A stretch of DNA of 64,000 nucleotides from Methanotrichaceae archaeon (GTDB taxonomy: Archaea > Halobacteriota > Methanosarcinia > Methanotrichales > Methanotrichaceae). Below the pieces are notes generated by a model. The model saw nothing but the letters and a program-made list of their open reading frames with translations, had not been told where the DNA came from and did not search any database. This document shows positions 31,923 to 41,055 of the stretch, piece after piece (position 1 is the stretch's first letter; each line of letters begins with the position of its first letter). The position numbers were made by a program, and so were the translations under genes. The stretch covers positions 224,001-288,000 of the forward strand of contig CAWEXU010000004.1 of assembly GCA_963813075.1 (NCBI GenBank), in the 5' to 3' direction.

Positions 31923-32372
31923 TCAAGGGCCTGGCAATGAATCGCCCTCGTGGCCCTCATCCACCGCCGGCTTTGCCTCCTCAGGGCTGATTTTCCCGGT
32001 CTTCACCCAGTAGTCCTTGATGGCGGCATGCAGGGCATCTGCTCCCAGGTTTGAGCAGTGCATCTTCTGGGGCGGCAGTCCCCCCAACTCCTGGGCCACA
32101 TCATTGCGGCTTATCTTGATCGCCTCATCCAGGCTCTTATCCTTCGCCATCTCAGTTATCATGCTGCTCACTGCTATGGCTGAGCCGCAGCCGAATGTCC
32201 TGAATTTGATATCAGCTATCCGGTCGTCCTTGACATTGATGAATATCTCCATGAGGTCTCCGCAAACGGGATTTCCCACTTTTCCATAGCCGTCCGGATT
32301 CTCTATCACCCCCACATTACGAGGGTTCATGAAGTGGTCCATCACCGTCTCATTGTAGCCTATCTGTGCCAT
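31923..32372 (-). CDS. iscU: Fe-S cluster scaffold IscU/NifU
   Basis: DHFMNPRNVG, NPVCGD, FGCGSA, KMHCSNL. Confidence 0.96.
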   Translation of the reverse strand: MAQIGYNETVMDHFMNPRNVGVIENPDGYGKVGNPVCGDLMEIFINVKDDRIADIKFRTFGCGSAIAVSSMITEMAKDKSLDEAIKISRNDVAQELGGLPPQKMHCSNLGADALHAAIKDYWVKTGKISPEEAKPAVDEGHEGDSLPGP

Positions 32373-32408
32373 TTACATATCACCTTTTATCATAATGAGA
32401 TTTATTTA

Positions 32409-32921
32409 TTAAAATGACTGGACGATCATCCAGCCCAGGTAAGCGTTGATGATCATAAGAGCAATGGTCAGCCGCCCGGACCATCTATGAATTGCCCGCA
32501 GCCTCATATCTCTCTTCTTGAGCTGGATGAATCCCATAATTGGAGTGAAAAGTACCATCATAGAGACCAATATGCCGATATAGGCATGCGGTCCTGCGGG
32601 GGGAGCGAAGCCCGAACTGGCGGTGACCATATAGACAGCCACCATGATCCCGGATATCGTTAATGCCGACCCGGTGATCCCCAGGGTCTTATGGGCCTTC
32701 AGCCACCATCTCCTCCCTTTCATATACCTCGCACAGATCATTCCTGCGGATAGGAGGAGGAGGCCGGAGGATACCAGGAAGGCATGGAAAGGATACAGCA
32801 GCATAATCTTATCGGTGAACACTTCCGCCCCGCTGGCCGGGGAGAGAAATAGCAGGGCTGCAGTCACAGTCAATGCATCTGCCAGCCTCAGCTTCCCGGT
32901 ATGGATGGCTTTTCCGTACAT
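32409..32921 (-). CDS. Cytochrome b561-like membrane protein
   Basis: Four His on TM helices: PFHA, WLKAHK, PHAYIG, IHRWSGR. Confidence 0.75.
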   Translation of the reverse strand: MYGKAIHTGKLRLADALTVTAALLFLSPASGAEVFTDKIMLLYPFHAFLVSSGLLLLSAGMICARYMKGRRWWLKAHKTLGITGSALTISGIMVAVYMVTASSGFAPPAGPHAYIGILVSMMVLFTPIMGFIQLKKRDMRLRAIHRWSGRLTIALMIINAYLGWMIVQSF

Positions 32922-33122
32922 GGTGGCCTCTATTTCAGATATGCTACATAAAATATCTCATTGCTCGGGGATGATTTAAGCAAGAGCTTATGAGGCAGCG
33001 GCCATGCGAGGGGCTTTATACAATCAAAGACAAATATAGGTCCAGAATTAAGGAAAAACGCATTGCTAAAAATAAATAACTGTATTAATATAATTTATAA
33101 TATATCATATATGGAGGATCTG

Positions 33123-34802
33123 ATGGAAGACTTCTCTATTCTCATCGGAGGAATTGCCGGTGACGGCATAAACGAGGCGGGGCTGACCGCCGCCCGGCTC
33201 ATGAGCCGCCTGGGCTATCGCATATTCATGTACTACGACTATCCCTCTCTGATCAGAGGGGGGCACAACTTCTCCATCGTCCGGGCCTCCTCTCAGAGGA
33301 TCGGGGTCTCGAGGGATGAGGTGGACCTGCTCATTGCCCTCAATCAGGATACTATTGATAGGCATGCCGATCGCCTCAAGGAGGGCTCGATTATCATCTA
33401 TGATGCAGATAAGGTGAAGGGAAAGGTCCCGGCAGAGAAGAGCTGCGCCATTCCCGTCACTGAGATTCTGAAGGAAGAGGGAGCCATGCCGGTGATGAAG
33501 AACAGTTGCATTCTGGGGGCCTTCTGCCGCACCACGGGCATCGCCTGGCCGGTGATAGAAGAGGTCTTGAGAAAGCATATTCCAAAGAAGATCGATCTGA
33601 ACCTGAGGGTCGCCCGCCGGGGATACGATGCCGCCAGCGAGTTCTGCCAGATCGATAAGCTTGAGAGCAGCCCTGAGCCGATCATCTCCGGCAACCAGGC
33701 CATCAGCCTGGGCCTGATCCGGGCGGGACTGAGTGCCTATGTGGCCTATCCCATGACCCCCTCCTCCTCCATCTTGGACAGCATGGCCCAGTGGTCAGAG
33801 GAGTTCGGCCTGAAGGTGGTCCATCCGGAGAGCGAGATCGCTGTGATCCTGATGGCAGAGGGATTCGCCTATGCCGGAGTCCGGGCAGCAGTAGGCACAT
33901 CTGGGGGAGGGTTCTGTCTCATGACCGAGGCCCTCAGCCTGGCGGGGATGGCGGAGATCCCCCTGGCCATCGTCATGGCCCAGAGGACCGGGCCCTCCAC
34001 CGGCCTTCCCACTTACACCGCTCAGGGCGACCTGCATTTTGTGATCAATGCCGGCCAGGGGGAGTTTCCCCGGTTGGTGGTCGCGCCAGGGGACGCAGAA
34101 GATGCCTATATCTGGTCCGCCGCTGCCCTGAACCTGGCCTGGAAATATCAGATTCCCGCATTCATACTCTCGGACAAGATCGTCAGCGAGAGCCAGTATA
34201 GCTTCGATCTGGGGCAGGCAGAAAAGGCAGAACTCCTCAATCCGCCATTGCTCTGGGATGGGCAGGGTGGGTATCATCGCTACCGGCTGTCTGACAACGG
34301 CATCTCTCCTCTGGCCTATCCCCCTCAGAAGGGGCAGGTGATAAAGGCGGACAGCTATGTGCATGATGCTGCAGGCATAACCACTGAGGACGCTCAGATA
34401 ACCAGGGAGATGAGCGAGAAAAGAATGCATAAAGCTCAATCCCTGGCCAGAGAGCTGGAGGGTTATGAGACGGTGAAGGTCTTAGGAGACCGTAATGGCA
34501 AGACCTGCCTTCTCTGCTGGGGCTCGAACAAGGGAGTATGCCGGGAGGTGGCAGAAAGTCAAGCCAATCGCGGGATAAGAGTGGTTCAGGTGCTGGTCCT
34601 CTGGCCGTTCCCCGAGCAGAGGCTGAAAGAAGCCCTCCGGGGCGTGGATAGGTTGATTGATGTGGAATGCAATGTCACCGGCCAGCTGGCAACTTTATGC
34701 CGCCAGTATGGCATCAATGTCGATGAGATGATCCTGAAGTACGATGGAAGGCCATTTTCTCTGAACGATCTTTCCATTGAGCTGGAAAGGAGGGGAGCAT
34801 GA
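33123..34802 (+). CDS. 2-oxoacid:ferredoxin oxidoreductase alpha subunit (gamma-alpha fusion)
   Basis: GGIAGDG, PSLIRGGHN, YPMTP, ESEIA, TSGGGF, QRTGPSTGLPT. Confidence 0.95.
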   Translation: MEDFSILIGGIAGDGINEAGLTAARLMSRLGYRIFMYYDYPSLIRGGHNFSIVRASSQRIGVSRDEVDLLIALNQDTIDRHADRLKEGSIIIYDADKVKGKVPAEKSCAIPVTEILKEEGAMPVMKNSCILGAFCRTTGIAWPVIEEVLRKHIPKKIDLNLRVARRGYDAASEFCQIDKLESSPEPIISGNQAISLGLIRAGLSAYVAYPMTPSSSILDSMAQWSEEFGLKVVHPESEIAVILMAEGFAYAGVRAAVGTSGGGFCLMTEALSLAGMAEIPLAIVMAQRTGPSTGLPTYTAQGDLHFVINAGQGEFPRLVVAPGDAEDAYIWSAAALNLAWKYQIPAFILSDKIVSESQYSFDLGQAEKAELLNPPLLWDGQGGYHRYRLSDNGISPLAYPPQKGQVIKADSYVHDAAGITTEDAQITREMSEKRMHKAQSLARELEGYETVKVLGDRNGKTCLLCWGSNKGVCREVAESQANRGIRVVQVLVLWPFPEQRLKEALRGVDRLIDVECNVTGQLATLCRQYGINVDEMILKYDGRPFSLNDLSIELERRGA

Positions 34803-35653
34803 AACCTCAGGAGCTATCCACCACTGCCCGCAACACCTGGTGTCCGGGCTGCGGGAACTTCTCCATCCTCAGCGCAATGAAAGCCGTCCTCGCCCGGATG
34901 GACGGGGAAGGCTACCCCATAGAGAACACCGTCCTGGTCTCGGGCATCGGCTGCCACGGCAAGATCGTGGACTACCTGAATGTGAACAGCTTTTATTCCA
35001 TCCACGGCCGGACCATTCCCGTTGCTACAGGCATAAAGCTGGCCAACCCGGATCTGAATGTGATCTGCTTCTCGGGAGACGGCGACAGCCTGGCTGAGGG
35101 CCTGGACCATCTGATCTTCGCCGCCAAGAGGAATGTCGACATAACCCTGATTTTGCATGACAACCGGGTCTACGGCCTGACCACCGGCCAGTACACCCCC
35201 ACCTCACCATACGGTTTCCGGGGCAAGTCCACGCCCGCGGGATCCATCGAGCAGCCCCTGAACCCCCTGGAACTGATGCTATCATCCGGTGCCACATTCC
35301 TCGCCCGGGGATACACTCATGGGATCGAACTGCTTCAGACCCTCTTTCAGGAGGCGATTATGCATAAAGGCTTCTCAATAGTGGATGTCCTCCAGGTCTG
35401 TGTCTCTTACTTCAATATGTATGAGAGCTACAATAAGAGAACCTATACAGTTGAGGGAAACGATACCGGAAGCTTTGAGCAGGCCCAGAAGATCATACGC
35501 AGCTGGAGATATGACGACTCCGAGGCACCCATTCCCCTGGGCAAGTTCTATCAGGTCAATCTTCCTCGATTTGATCAGGCTTACAGTCAGATCAATCCGG
35601 AGCTTTCGGGCAGAGAGGATAAGATCAAAACCAAGCTGGAAAGTTTCATCTAG
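34799..35653 (+). CDS. 2-oxoacid:ferredoxin oxidoreductase beta subunit
   Basis: [29 protein letters not shown]. Confidence 0.95.
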   Translation: MKPQELSTTARNTWCPGCGNFSILSAMKAVLARMDGEGYPIENTVLVSGIGCHGKIVDYLNVNSFYSIHGRTIPVATGIKLANPDLNVICFSGDGDSLAEGLDHLIFAAKRNVDITLILHDNRVYGLTTGQYTPTSPYGFRGKSTPAGSIEQPLNPLELMLSSGATFLARGYTHGIELLQTLFQEAIMHKGFSIVDVLQVCVSYFNMYESYNKRTYTVEGNDTGSFEQAQKIIRSWRYDDSEAPIPLGKFYQVNLPRFDQAYSQINPELSGREDKIKTKLESFI

Positions 35654-35688
35654 CTAAAGGGCACAAAGCAAATGTGGGTGAAAAGGAA

Positions 35689-35850
35689 ATGGACAAATAT
35701 GTATGCACTGTCTGCGGGTACATCTACGATCCAGAGAAAGGAGATTCAGCCTCAGGCATAGCTGCAGGTACGGCATTCGAGGACCTGCCCGATGACTGGA
35801 CCTGCCCGGAGTGCGGCGTGGGAAAAGAATTGTTCAATAAGGTGGAGTAG
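35689..35850 (+). CDS. rub: Rubredoxin
   Basis: Below ORF cutoff; [39 protein letters not shown] (53 aa). Confidence 0.97.
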   Translation: MDKYVCTVCGYIYDPEKGDSASGIAAGTAFEDLPDDWTCPECGVGKELFNKVE

Positions 35851-35894
35851 ATTCGGGAAATCAGCGAGTTAAAGCTGCTTATGAGGATCGATCT

Positions 35895-36422
35895 ATGCTC
35901 AGCGAAAGGATGAATGAGGCCCTGAATGTCCAGGCAAATAGAGAGCTATACTCCTCATATCTGTATCTCTCCATGTCCTACTACTTTCAGTCAGCCGGCT
36001 TTAAGGGTTTTTCCAGCTGGATGAGAGTTCAGGCAGGAGAAGAGCTGGTCCACACCATGAAATTGCTGGACTATGTGGCTGCCTCCGGCGGAAAGGCGAA
36101 GATGCTCGCCGTGGAGGCACCACAGCAGAGATGGGAGTCGACCCCGCAGGCATTCCAGCATGTCTGGGACCATGAGAGGGCGGTGACCAGGATGATTCAT
36201 GACCTGGTTGCAGTGGCCGAGAGCGAATCGGACACATCGACGAGGAAATTTTTGCAGTGGTATGTGGACGAGCAGGTGGAAGAGGAAGAATCCTCAGACG
36301 GCGTCCTGAAAAAGGTGCTGGCTGCCGGAAGCGATCCTGAAGCCCTCCGGGCAGCGGATGAGGAAATCGGCAGGAGGGGCTTCAAGTTCCCTCGCGGATT
36401 CCAGATGTTTCCCCCGGCCTGA
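35895..36422 (+). CDS. ftnA: Non-heme ferritin
   Basis: QANRELYSSYLYLSMS, EELVH, HE, FLQWYVDEQVEEE ferroxidase residues. Confidence 0.95.
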   Translation: MLSERMNEALNVQANRELYSSYLYLSMSYYFQSAGFKGFSSWMRVQAGEELVHTMKLLDYVAASGGKAKMLAVEAPQQRWESTPQAFQHVWDHERAVTRMIHDLVAVAESESDTSTRKFLQWYVDEQVEEEESSDGVLKKVLAAGSDPEALRAADEEIGRRGFKFPRGFQMFPPA

Positions 36423-36506
36423 TTCTGCCGCGGCATAAGGGCAAATGGTAGAAGGGAGGGCCCTTGAGCCCTCTAATCACAATTTTAAACGAACTTTTTT
36501 TGCCGC

Positions 36507-36953
36507 TTACATAAGCTCGGGGTGATTCATGGGGTCGACGACGTGCCAGGTGTCGCCTTCCAGGCCCTCACCACGAACGTCGCCTGCGCTGCTGTCGCCG
36601 GAGTAAAGGTACAGTGGCCAGTCCTTGAAAGTCGTCTGTTTTGATCCGTCCTCTCTCTTTATGCTGTCGAAGTTGATGAAGTTGAGGCTTTCAGGCAGGA
36701 TCGGATCCTCCACATAAAATGGCTGCCAGGTGGCGGCACATTCATCATTGCAGGTGCTCATTCCCAGGGATTCGCTATCATTTAAGTGGTAGTATAGAGT
36801 AAAACCGGTCTCGTTTACCAGATAGCTCCCCAGAAATTTATCCTCGGAGATATTCACGCTATAGTTCTTATTGTTCTCATCCTCTGCCAGGGCATTGATG
36901 AAAAGAAGAGATATGCACATCAGCATAAATGCAACCATTCGGCTTTTTGACAT
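36507..36953 (-). CDS. Secreted COG4315-like protein (Lipoprotein_15 repeats)
   Basis: GFTLYY..D..STCNDECAATWQP and QTTFKDWPLYLYSGD..G..WHV; signal peptide. Confidence 0.85.
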   Translation of the reverse strand: MSKSRMVAFMLMCISLLFINALAEDENNKNYSVNISEDKFLGSYLVNETGFTLYYHLNDSESLGMSTCNDECAATWQPFYVEDPILPESLNFINFDSIKREDGSKQTTFKDWPLYLYSGDSSAGDVRGEGLEGDTWHVVDPMNHPELM

Positions 36954-37005
36954 GTGTTTCACCTTCAAGCGCAATATTCATTCTGATAATAAAGCTTGCC
37001 CGTGC

Positions 37006-37024
37006 GAAAGAAAGGTCTATAAAA
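37006..37024 (+). promoter_or_regulatory. Putative BRE-TATA promoter of the tgt-yhhQ operon (probably leaderless)
   Basis: gaaagaaaggtcTATAAAA ending 22 nt before ATG 37047. Confidence 0.55.
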
Positions 37025-37046
37025 CCCGGGTCACCCCTAACGAGAA

Positions 37047-38402
37047 ATGAACGGATTTTCCTTTGAGGTACTGGACCGGGATCCAGAGAGCAATGCTCGG
37101 GCAGGGCTGATAAAAACCCGCCGGGGCGATATCCAGACCCCCTATCTGGTGCCTGTGGCCACATTGGGCAGCGTGCGCGCTCTGAACTCAGATGACCTTG
37201 CATCTCTTGGGGTCTCCTGTGCCCTGGCCAACACCTATCACCTTCACCTCAAGCCGGGGGACGAGCTGATCGGTGGTCTGGGGGGGCTGCATAAGTTCAT
37301 GGGATTCTCTGGACCCCTCTTCACCGACTCGGGCGGCTTCCAGGCTTTTTCCCTTGGCTTTGGCAGAGAGCATAATATCGCCAAGATCGGCAACATCTTC
37401 CCTCAAGAGCTTTCCTCCTTTCCAGGAGATGAAGACTGCCGGCAAGGCGGCAATAATCCGTGCGAAAAAGAGCCAGAAAACGAGATTTATAGACTGAACT
37501 ACAGAAACAGCTACGGAGGAAAGGCAGCCAGGGGTAATGACGACTCTTATAAGGCCAGCGGAAAGGGGCAGAAGAGTGCCAGGAAGGAGAACCTGACGAA
37601 GATCACAGACGAGGGCATCTCTTTCAAGTCCATGGCCGACGGGGCCTGGCATTTCCTGGATGCTGAAAGGTCGATGAGAATCCAGTCCAACCTGGGCTCG
37701 GATATCATCATGGCCTTTGACGAGTGCACCTCACCTCTGTCAGACTACGACTACACCAAAAAAGCGATGTACAGGACTCACGACTGGGCGTCGGAGTCCA
37801 TCCGCCATCATGACAGGAGCCAGGCCATCTACGGCATCATCCAGGGAGGATGGTTTGAGGACCTGAGGCGCATCAGCACCGACTTCGTCGTCTCCCAGCC
37901 TTTTGACGGCATAGCCATCGGCGGATCTCTGGGGAACAGCAAGCAGGATATGCATCAGGTCCTGGACTGGACAATTCATAAGCTGGACGACCGGCCGAGG
38001 CACCTATTGGGGATAGGGGAGATAGATGACATCTTCGAATGCGTGGCCAGGGGAATTGATACCTTCGACTGCGTCTCACCCACCAGGATCGCCCGCAGGG
38101 GAAGTCTCCTCCTATCGCCCCAGTCCGGCGGATCATTGAAAAACAAGTTCCACCTGAACATAAAGTCCGCAAGGTTCAAAGATGACGGCCTGCCCATTGA
38201 CCCGGTCTGCTCCTGCCCGACCTGCCGTACCTATTCCCGGGCCTATCTCCGCCATCTTTACATTGCGGGAGAGCTCTCGTACTTCCGCCTGGCGACGCTG
38301 CATAACCTCCATTTCATGCTCCGCCTGATGGAAGAGATAAGGGAGAGCATAAGAAGTGGCGGCTTTTGGGAGCTTAAGGACAGATGGCTGAAAGGGATTT
38401 AG
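37047..38402 (+). CDS. tgt: Bacterial-type tRNA-guanine(34) transglycosylase
   Basis: LANTYHL, FTDSGGFQ, MAFDEC, GIIQGG, AIGGSLG, RHLLGIG, DTFDCVSPTRIARRG, CSCPTC and HNL zinc site; no PUA domain. Confidence 0.93.
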   Translation: MNGFSFEVLDRDPESNARAGLIKTRRGDIQTPYLVPVATLGSVRALNSDDLASLGVSCALANTYHLHLKPGDELIGGLGGLHKFMGFSGPLFTDSGGFQAFSLGFGREHNIAKIGNIFPQELSSFPGDEDCRQGGNNPCEKEPENEIYRLNYRNSYGGKAARGNDDSYKASGKGQKSARKENLTKITDEGISFKSMADGAWHFLDAERSMRIQSNLGSDIIMAFDECTSPLSDYDYTKKAMYRTHDWASESIRHHDRSQAIYGIIQGGWFEDLRRISTDFVVSQPFDGIAIGGSLGNSKQDMHQVLDWTIHKLDDRPRHLLGIGEIDDIFECVARGIDTFDCVSPTRIARRGSLLLSPQSGGSLKNKFHLNIKSARFKDDGLPIDPVCSCPTCRTYSRAYLRHLYIAGELSYFRLATLHNLHFMLRLMEEIRESIRSGGFWELKDRWLKGI

Positions 38403-39127
38403 CGGCAGATATTCCGGGGCAGAAGGGATCTACATTCGCAGGAGGACGGCTGAGGATCGACAAAACCCAGGCCACCATAATCCTCTGCGGCCTGTACCTC
38501 TTCTATTCCCTGGCCGGAAACATCGCTGCCACCAAGGTCACGTCCTTCGGCAGCCTGGTCATGGATGCCGGCTTCATCTATTCTCTGACCTTCACCTGGA
38601 GAGACCTGATCCACAAGCAGTTGGGGGAGAAGGCGGCCCTCACCACCATCTGGCTGGCGGCGGGCTTGAATCTGCTTGTTGCCATCTATTTTCAGTTTGT
38701 GGTCCTCCTGCCCGCTCAGACGGACTGGGCAAATAGCGGCGGACAGGCGGCCTGGACATTTCTTTTCGGGATCCTGGACAGCACCGGCCAGGGCTGGCAG
38801 TCGGTCTTTTCCCTGCAGATGAGAATCGTTCTCGCCTCCATTCTCACCGCTCTCCTGGCGGAGCTGATCGACACCAGAGTCTACCGCATCTGGACCCGGG
38901 GGAGACGCAAAAACTGGCCCCAGTGGACGCGAGTCTTCGCCTCCAATGCCGTATCCATTCCCTTAGACAGCCTCCTCTTTCCGGTGATCGCCTTTATGGG
39001 AATCGTGGGGGCAGAGGGGCTGGTGCAGATGATCTGGACCAATATACTGGTCAAGGCAGCGATCACCCTCCTGTTCTTCTGGACGATCTACCTGGTACCA
39101 GAGAAGCCGATCTACCTGGATCGCTGA
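38384..39127 (+). CDS. yhhQ: Queuosine precursor transporter (YhhQ/VUT, COG1738)
   Basis: NIAATKV, YSLTFTWRDLIHKQLG, RIVLASI.A.L.AELID..VY, R..ASNAVSIPLDSLLF..IAF; overlaps tgt by 19 nt. Confidence 0.88.
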   Translation: MAERDLAADIPGQKGSTFAGGRLRIDKTQATIILCGLYLFYSLAGNIAATKVTSFGSLVMDAGFIYSLTFTWRDLIHKQLGEKAALTTIWLAAGLNLLVAIYFQFVVLLPAQTDWANSGGQAAWTFLFGILDSTGQGWQSVFSLQMRIVLASILTALLAELIDTRVYRIWTRGRRKNWPQWTRVFASNAVSIPLDSLLFPVIAFMGIVGAEGLVQMIWTNILVKAAITLLFFWTIYLVPEKPIYLDR

Positions 39128-39166
39128 ATGCCGGCTCGAAGAGAGGGGGGCAGAGAAAAAAGGATT

Positions 39167-39970
39167 TCAAAACTCGAAGATCACCTCATCCTGGTCAAGG
39201 ATTGTCCCTCTTTCATCGGTTACGCTTGCCTCTATGGTATAGGTCCCTGGAGTAAGCTCAGACTCATTGTCTATTGGCACACTGAAAAACCATTTGCCAT
39301 CCGGCAGCAGTGCGCTGCCACTCTGCTGGGATGCCGATCCAACCGTCTCCCCTTCTTGAGTCCTTAAAGCCAAATTCACCATGGGCTTGAAATGGTAGTT
39401 GCCGGTGTTCTCAAACCTGAGGTTAACCATTGCGTCATCACCAGACTTTGACGCCTTCAGATCGCTGATCACCCCGGTCGTTACGATCTCGCTGCCTGAG
39501 ATCCGGAGCAGGACAGGAACCTGGATCGCTGTCAAGATCCTGACATTCTTATTTCCCTCCACCGGATTTAAAGTCTTCAATATAACCAGAGCATACCTGC
39601 CACCCGATCCCGCATCCGCAGGAATATCCGCCACCACCAGAAACTTCTTTGATTCGCCCGGTTGAATCTCGAGTTCATTCGGAGTCACTGTCAAATACTC
39701 TCTGGCAGAATACGGTCCAGTATCCTCTTTTGGCCCTATCTGGATATTCGAGCCATTCTCGTTCATGGAATATCCATATACCTCTGCGTTAATATTAAGC
39801 GGAAAAGCATCTTTTTCAAGTGATACGACAATCTCATGGCCGGTCTCCTGGCCGGGCAATACATCATCCTCGAAGATCGCCCCGCTTACCTTGACGCCGG
39901 AACAAGGCGCAAGAAAAAGCGATAAAGCCAGGAGCGAGAGTATGGCCAATTCTGCTTTAACTAGCCTCAT
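39167..39970 (-). CDS. Secreted two-Ig-domain protein (PapD-chaperone/DUF916-like)
   Basis: Signal peptide; LTVTPNELEIQPGESK..IPADAGSGGRYALV and FENTGNYH..LTPGTYTIEA. Confidence 0.7.
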   Translation of the reverse strand: MRLVKAELAILSLLALSLFLAPCSGVKVSGAIFEDDVLPGQETGHEIVVSLEKDAFPLNINAEVYGYSMNENGSNIQIGPKEDTGPYSAREYLTVTPNELEIQPGESKKFLVVADIPADAGSGGRYALVILKTLNPVEGNKNVRILTAIQVPVLLRISGSEIVTTGVISDLKASKSGDDAMVNLRFENTGNYHFKPMVNLALRTQEGETVGSASQQSGSALLPDGKWFFSVPIDNESELTPGTYTIEASVTDERGTILDQDEVIFEF

Positions 39971-40016
39971 ATGTTCATCTCCTATTTTGTAAAAAAAAAA
40001 TAAATTTCAATATGGA

Positions 40017-40529
40017 TCAGCGCGGAGAAATCGTATAGGTTAGCATGATATAGTAATCTCCATCCTTTTCATTTCCGGCTACCTGCTGTGAATACGGGAC
40101 CACCACCGGTTCAGACGAAGCTGGCGCCTTGCCCAGAGGTTCTATCATAACCGGCCCGGAGCTGAGATCACCTATGCCCTCGACGACAAAGGGATTCGTC
40201 AATTTTTTAAATCCTTTTGCGTCATCATCACCACCAGACCTAATCGGTCCGTCATTCATATAGCCTTTGAAAGGAAGAAGAGAACTCTCATCCTCAACCG
40301 ACAGTTTCCAATCAGCATTAGCAGTGACATATATTATATCTTGACACTCTGCGGTATCACCTCTTACCAGTTGCAGGCCATCGCACCCTGATTCTATTGA
40401 TATTTCCAGCTCCACCGGGGCGACACTACCATCGGGAGTGCTCCAGGCATTGTAATCAGCAGCTGCAATTCCAATCAGACAAGCGGCAGCGAAAATAGCC
40501 ACTATCCCTAAACAACCGACTTTGCTCAT
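40017..40529 (-). CDS. Secreted beta-rich protein, pilin/WxL-like candidate
   Basis: Signal peptide (..GIAAA), Cys pair, VTANADWKLSV, terminal GDYYIMLTYTISP strand. Confidence 0.65.
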   Translation of the reverse strand: MSKVGCLGIVAIFAAACLIGIAAADYNAWSTPDGSVAPVELEISIESGCDGLQLVRGDTAECQDIIYVTANADWKLSVEDESSLLPFKGYMNDGPIRSGGDDDAKGFKKLTNPFVVEGIGDLSSGPVMIEPLGKAPASSEPVVVPYSQQVAGNEKDGDYYIMLTYTISPR

Positions 40530-41055
40530 TTACAAACCCACCTTTATTGTAACATATACGTTGTTTTGTTAATTAAGATATAAAAACATTTCTCTTTTTT
40601 TTAATTAGTTTCTCAGGTCTAGTTCGGCTCATCTGATCCAAATTGCCTGTTGTATCCTTCGAATGTCATTCAATTCATTAATTTTAAAACAGAAAAATTG
40701 CTAATTAAAACTTTTTACAGACTTTAATATGAGGGGGCGCAAAAAATCCACAATACCAATTTTATCAAAAATTCAAAAAATATATTTATTATGTTTATTT
40801 ATTACGACTTTTGGATCGACATCGGTGATCAATGCTCATCTTATATTGCACACACAAATTCTTTAAACAAAACGCGATCCACAAAGGAGATGAGTGTACA
40901 GCCCTGACTGATGAATTAGATGCAGTACTCAAGTTACCAAAAACCGTTTGAACCGAAGGATTATCTTCATGCTGCCGTAGGCAGAGTTGCACCTAATAGT
41001 CAGATGCAATCGCCCTACAAAACTGGCAGACACCTATAGCAAGGAAGATTAGTCC

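Noticed and set aside
37398..37590. Intein in TGT
   Set aside because: Too short, with no C/S start and HN-C/S/T end motifs
37047..38402. Archaeosine arcTGT annotation
   Set aside because: Motifs are bacterial-type (NTYHL, FDEC, HLLGIG, FDC..PTR) and the arcTGT C-terminal/PUA region is absent
40795..40992. 65-aa minus-strand ORF
   Set aside because: No motif or ribosome-binding signal; AT-rich intergenic sequence
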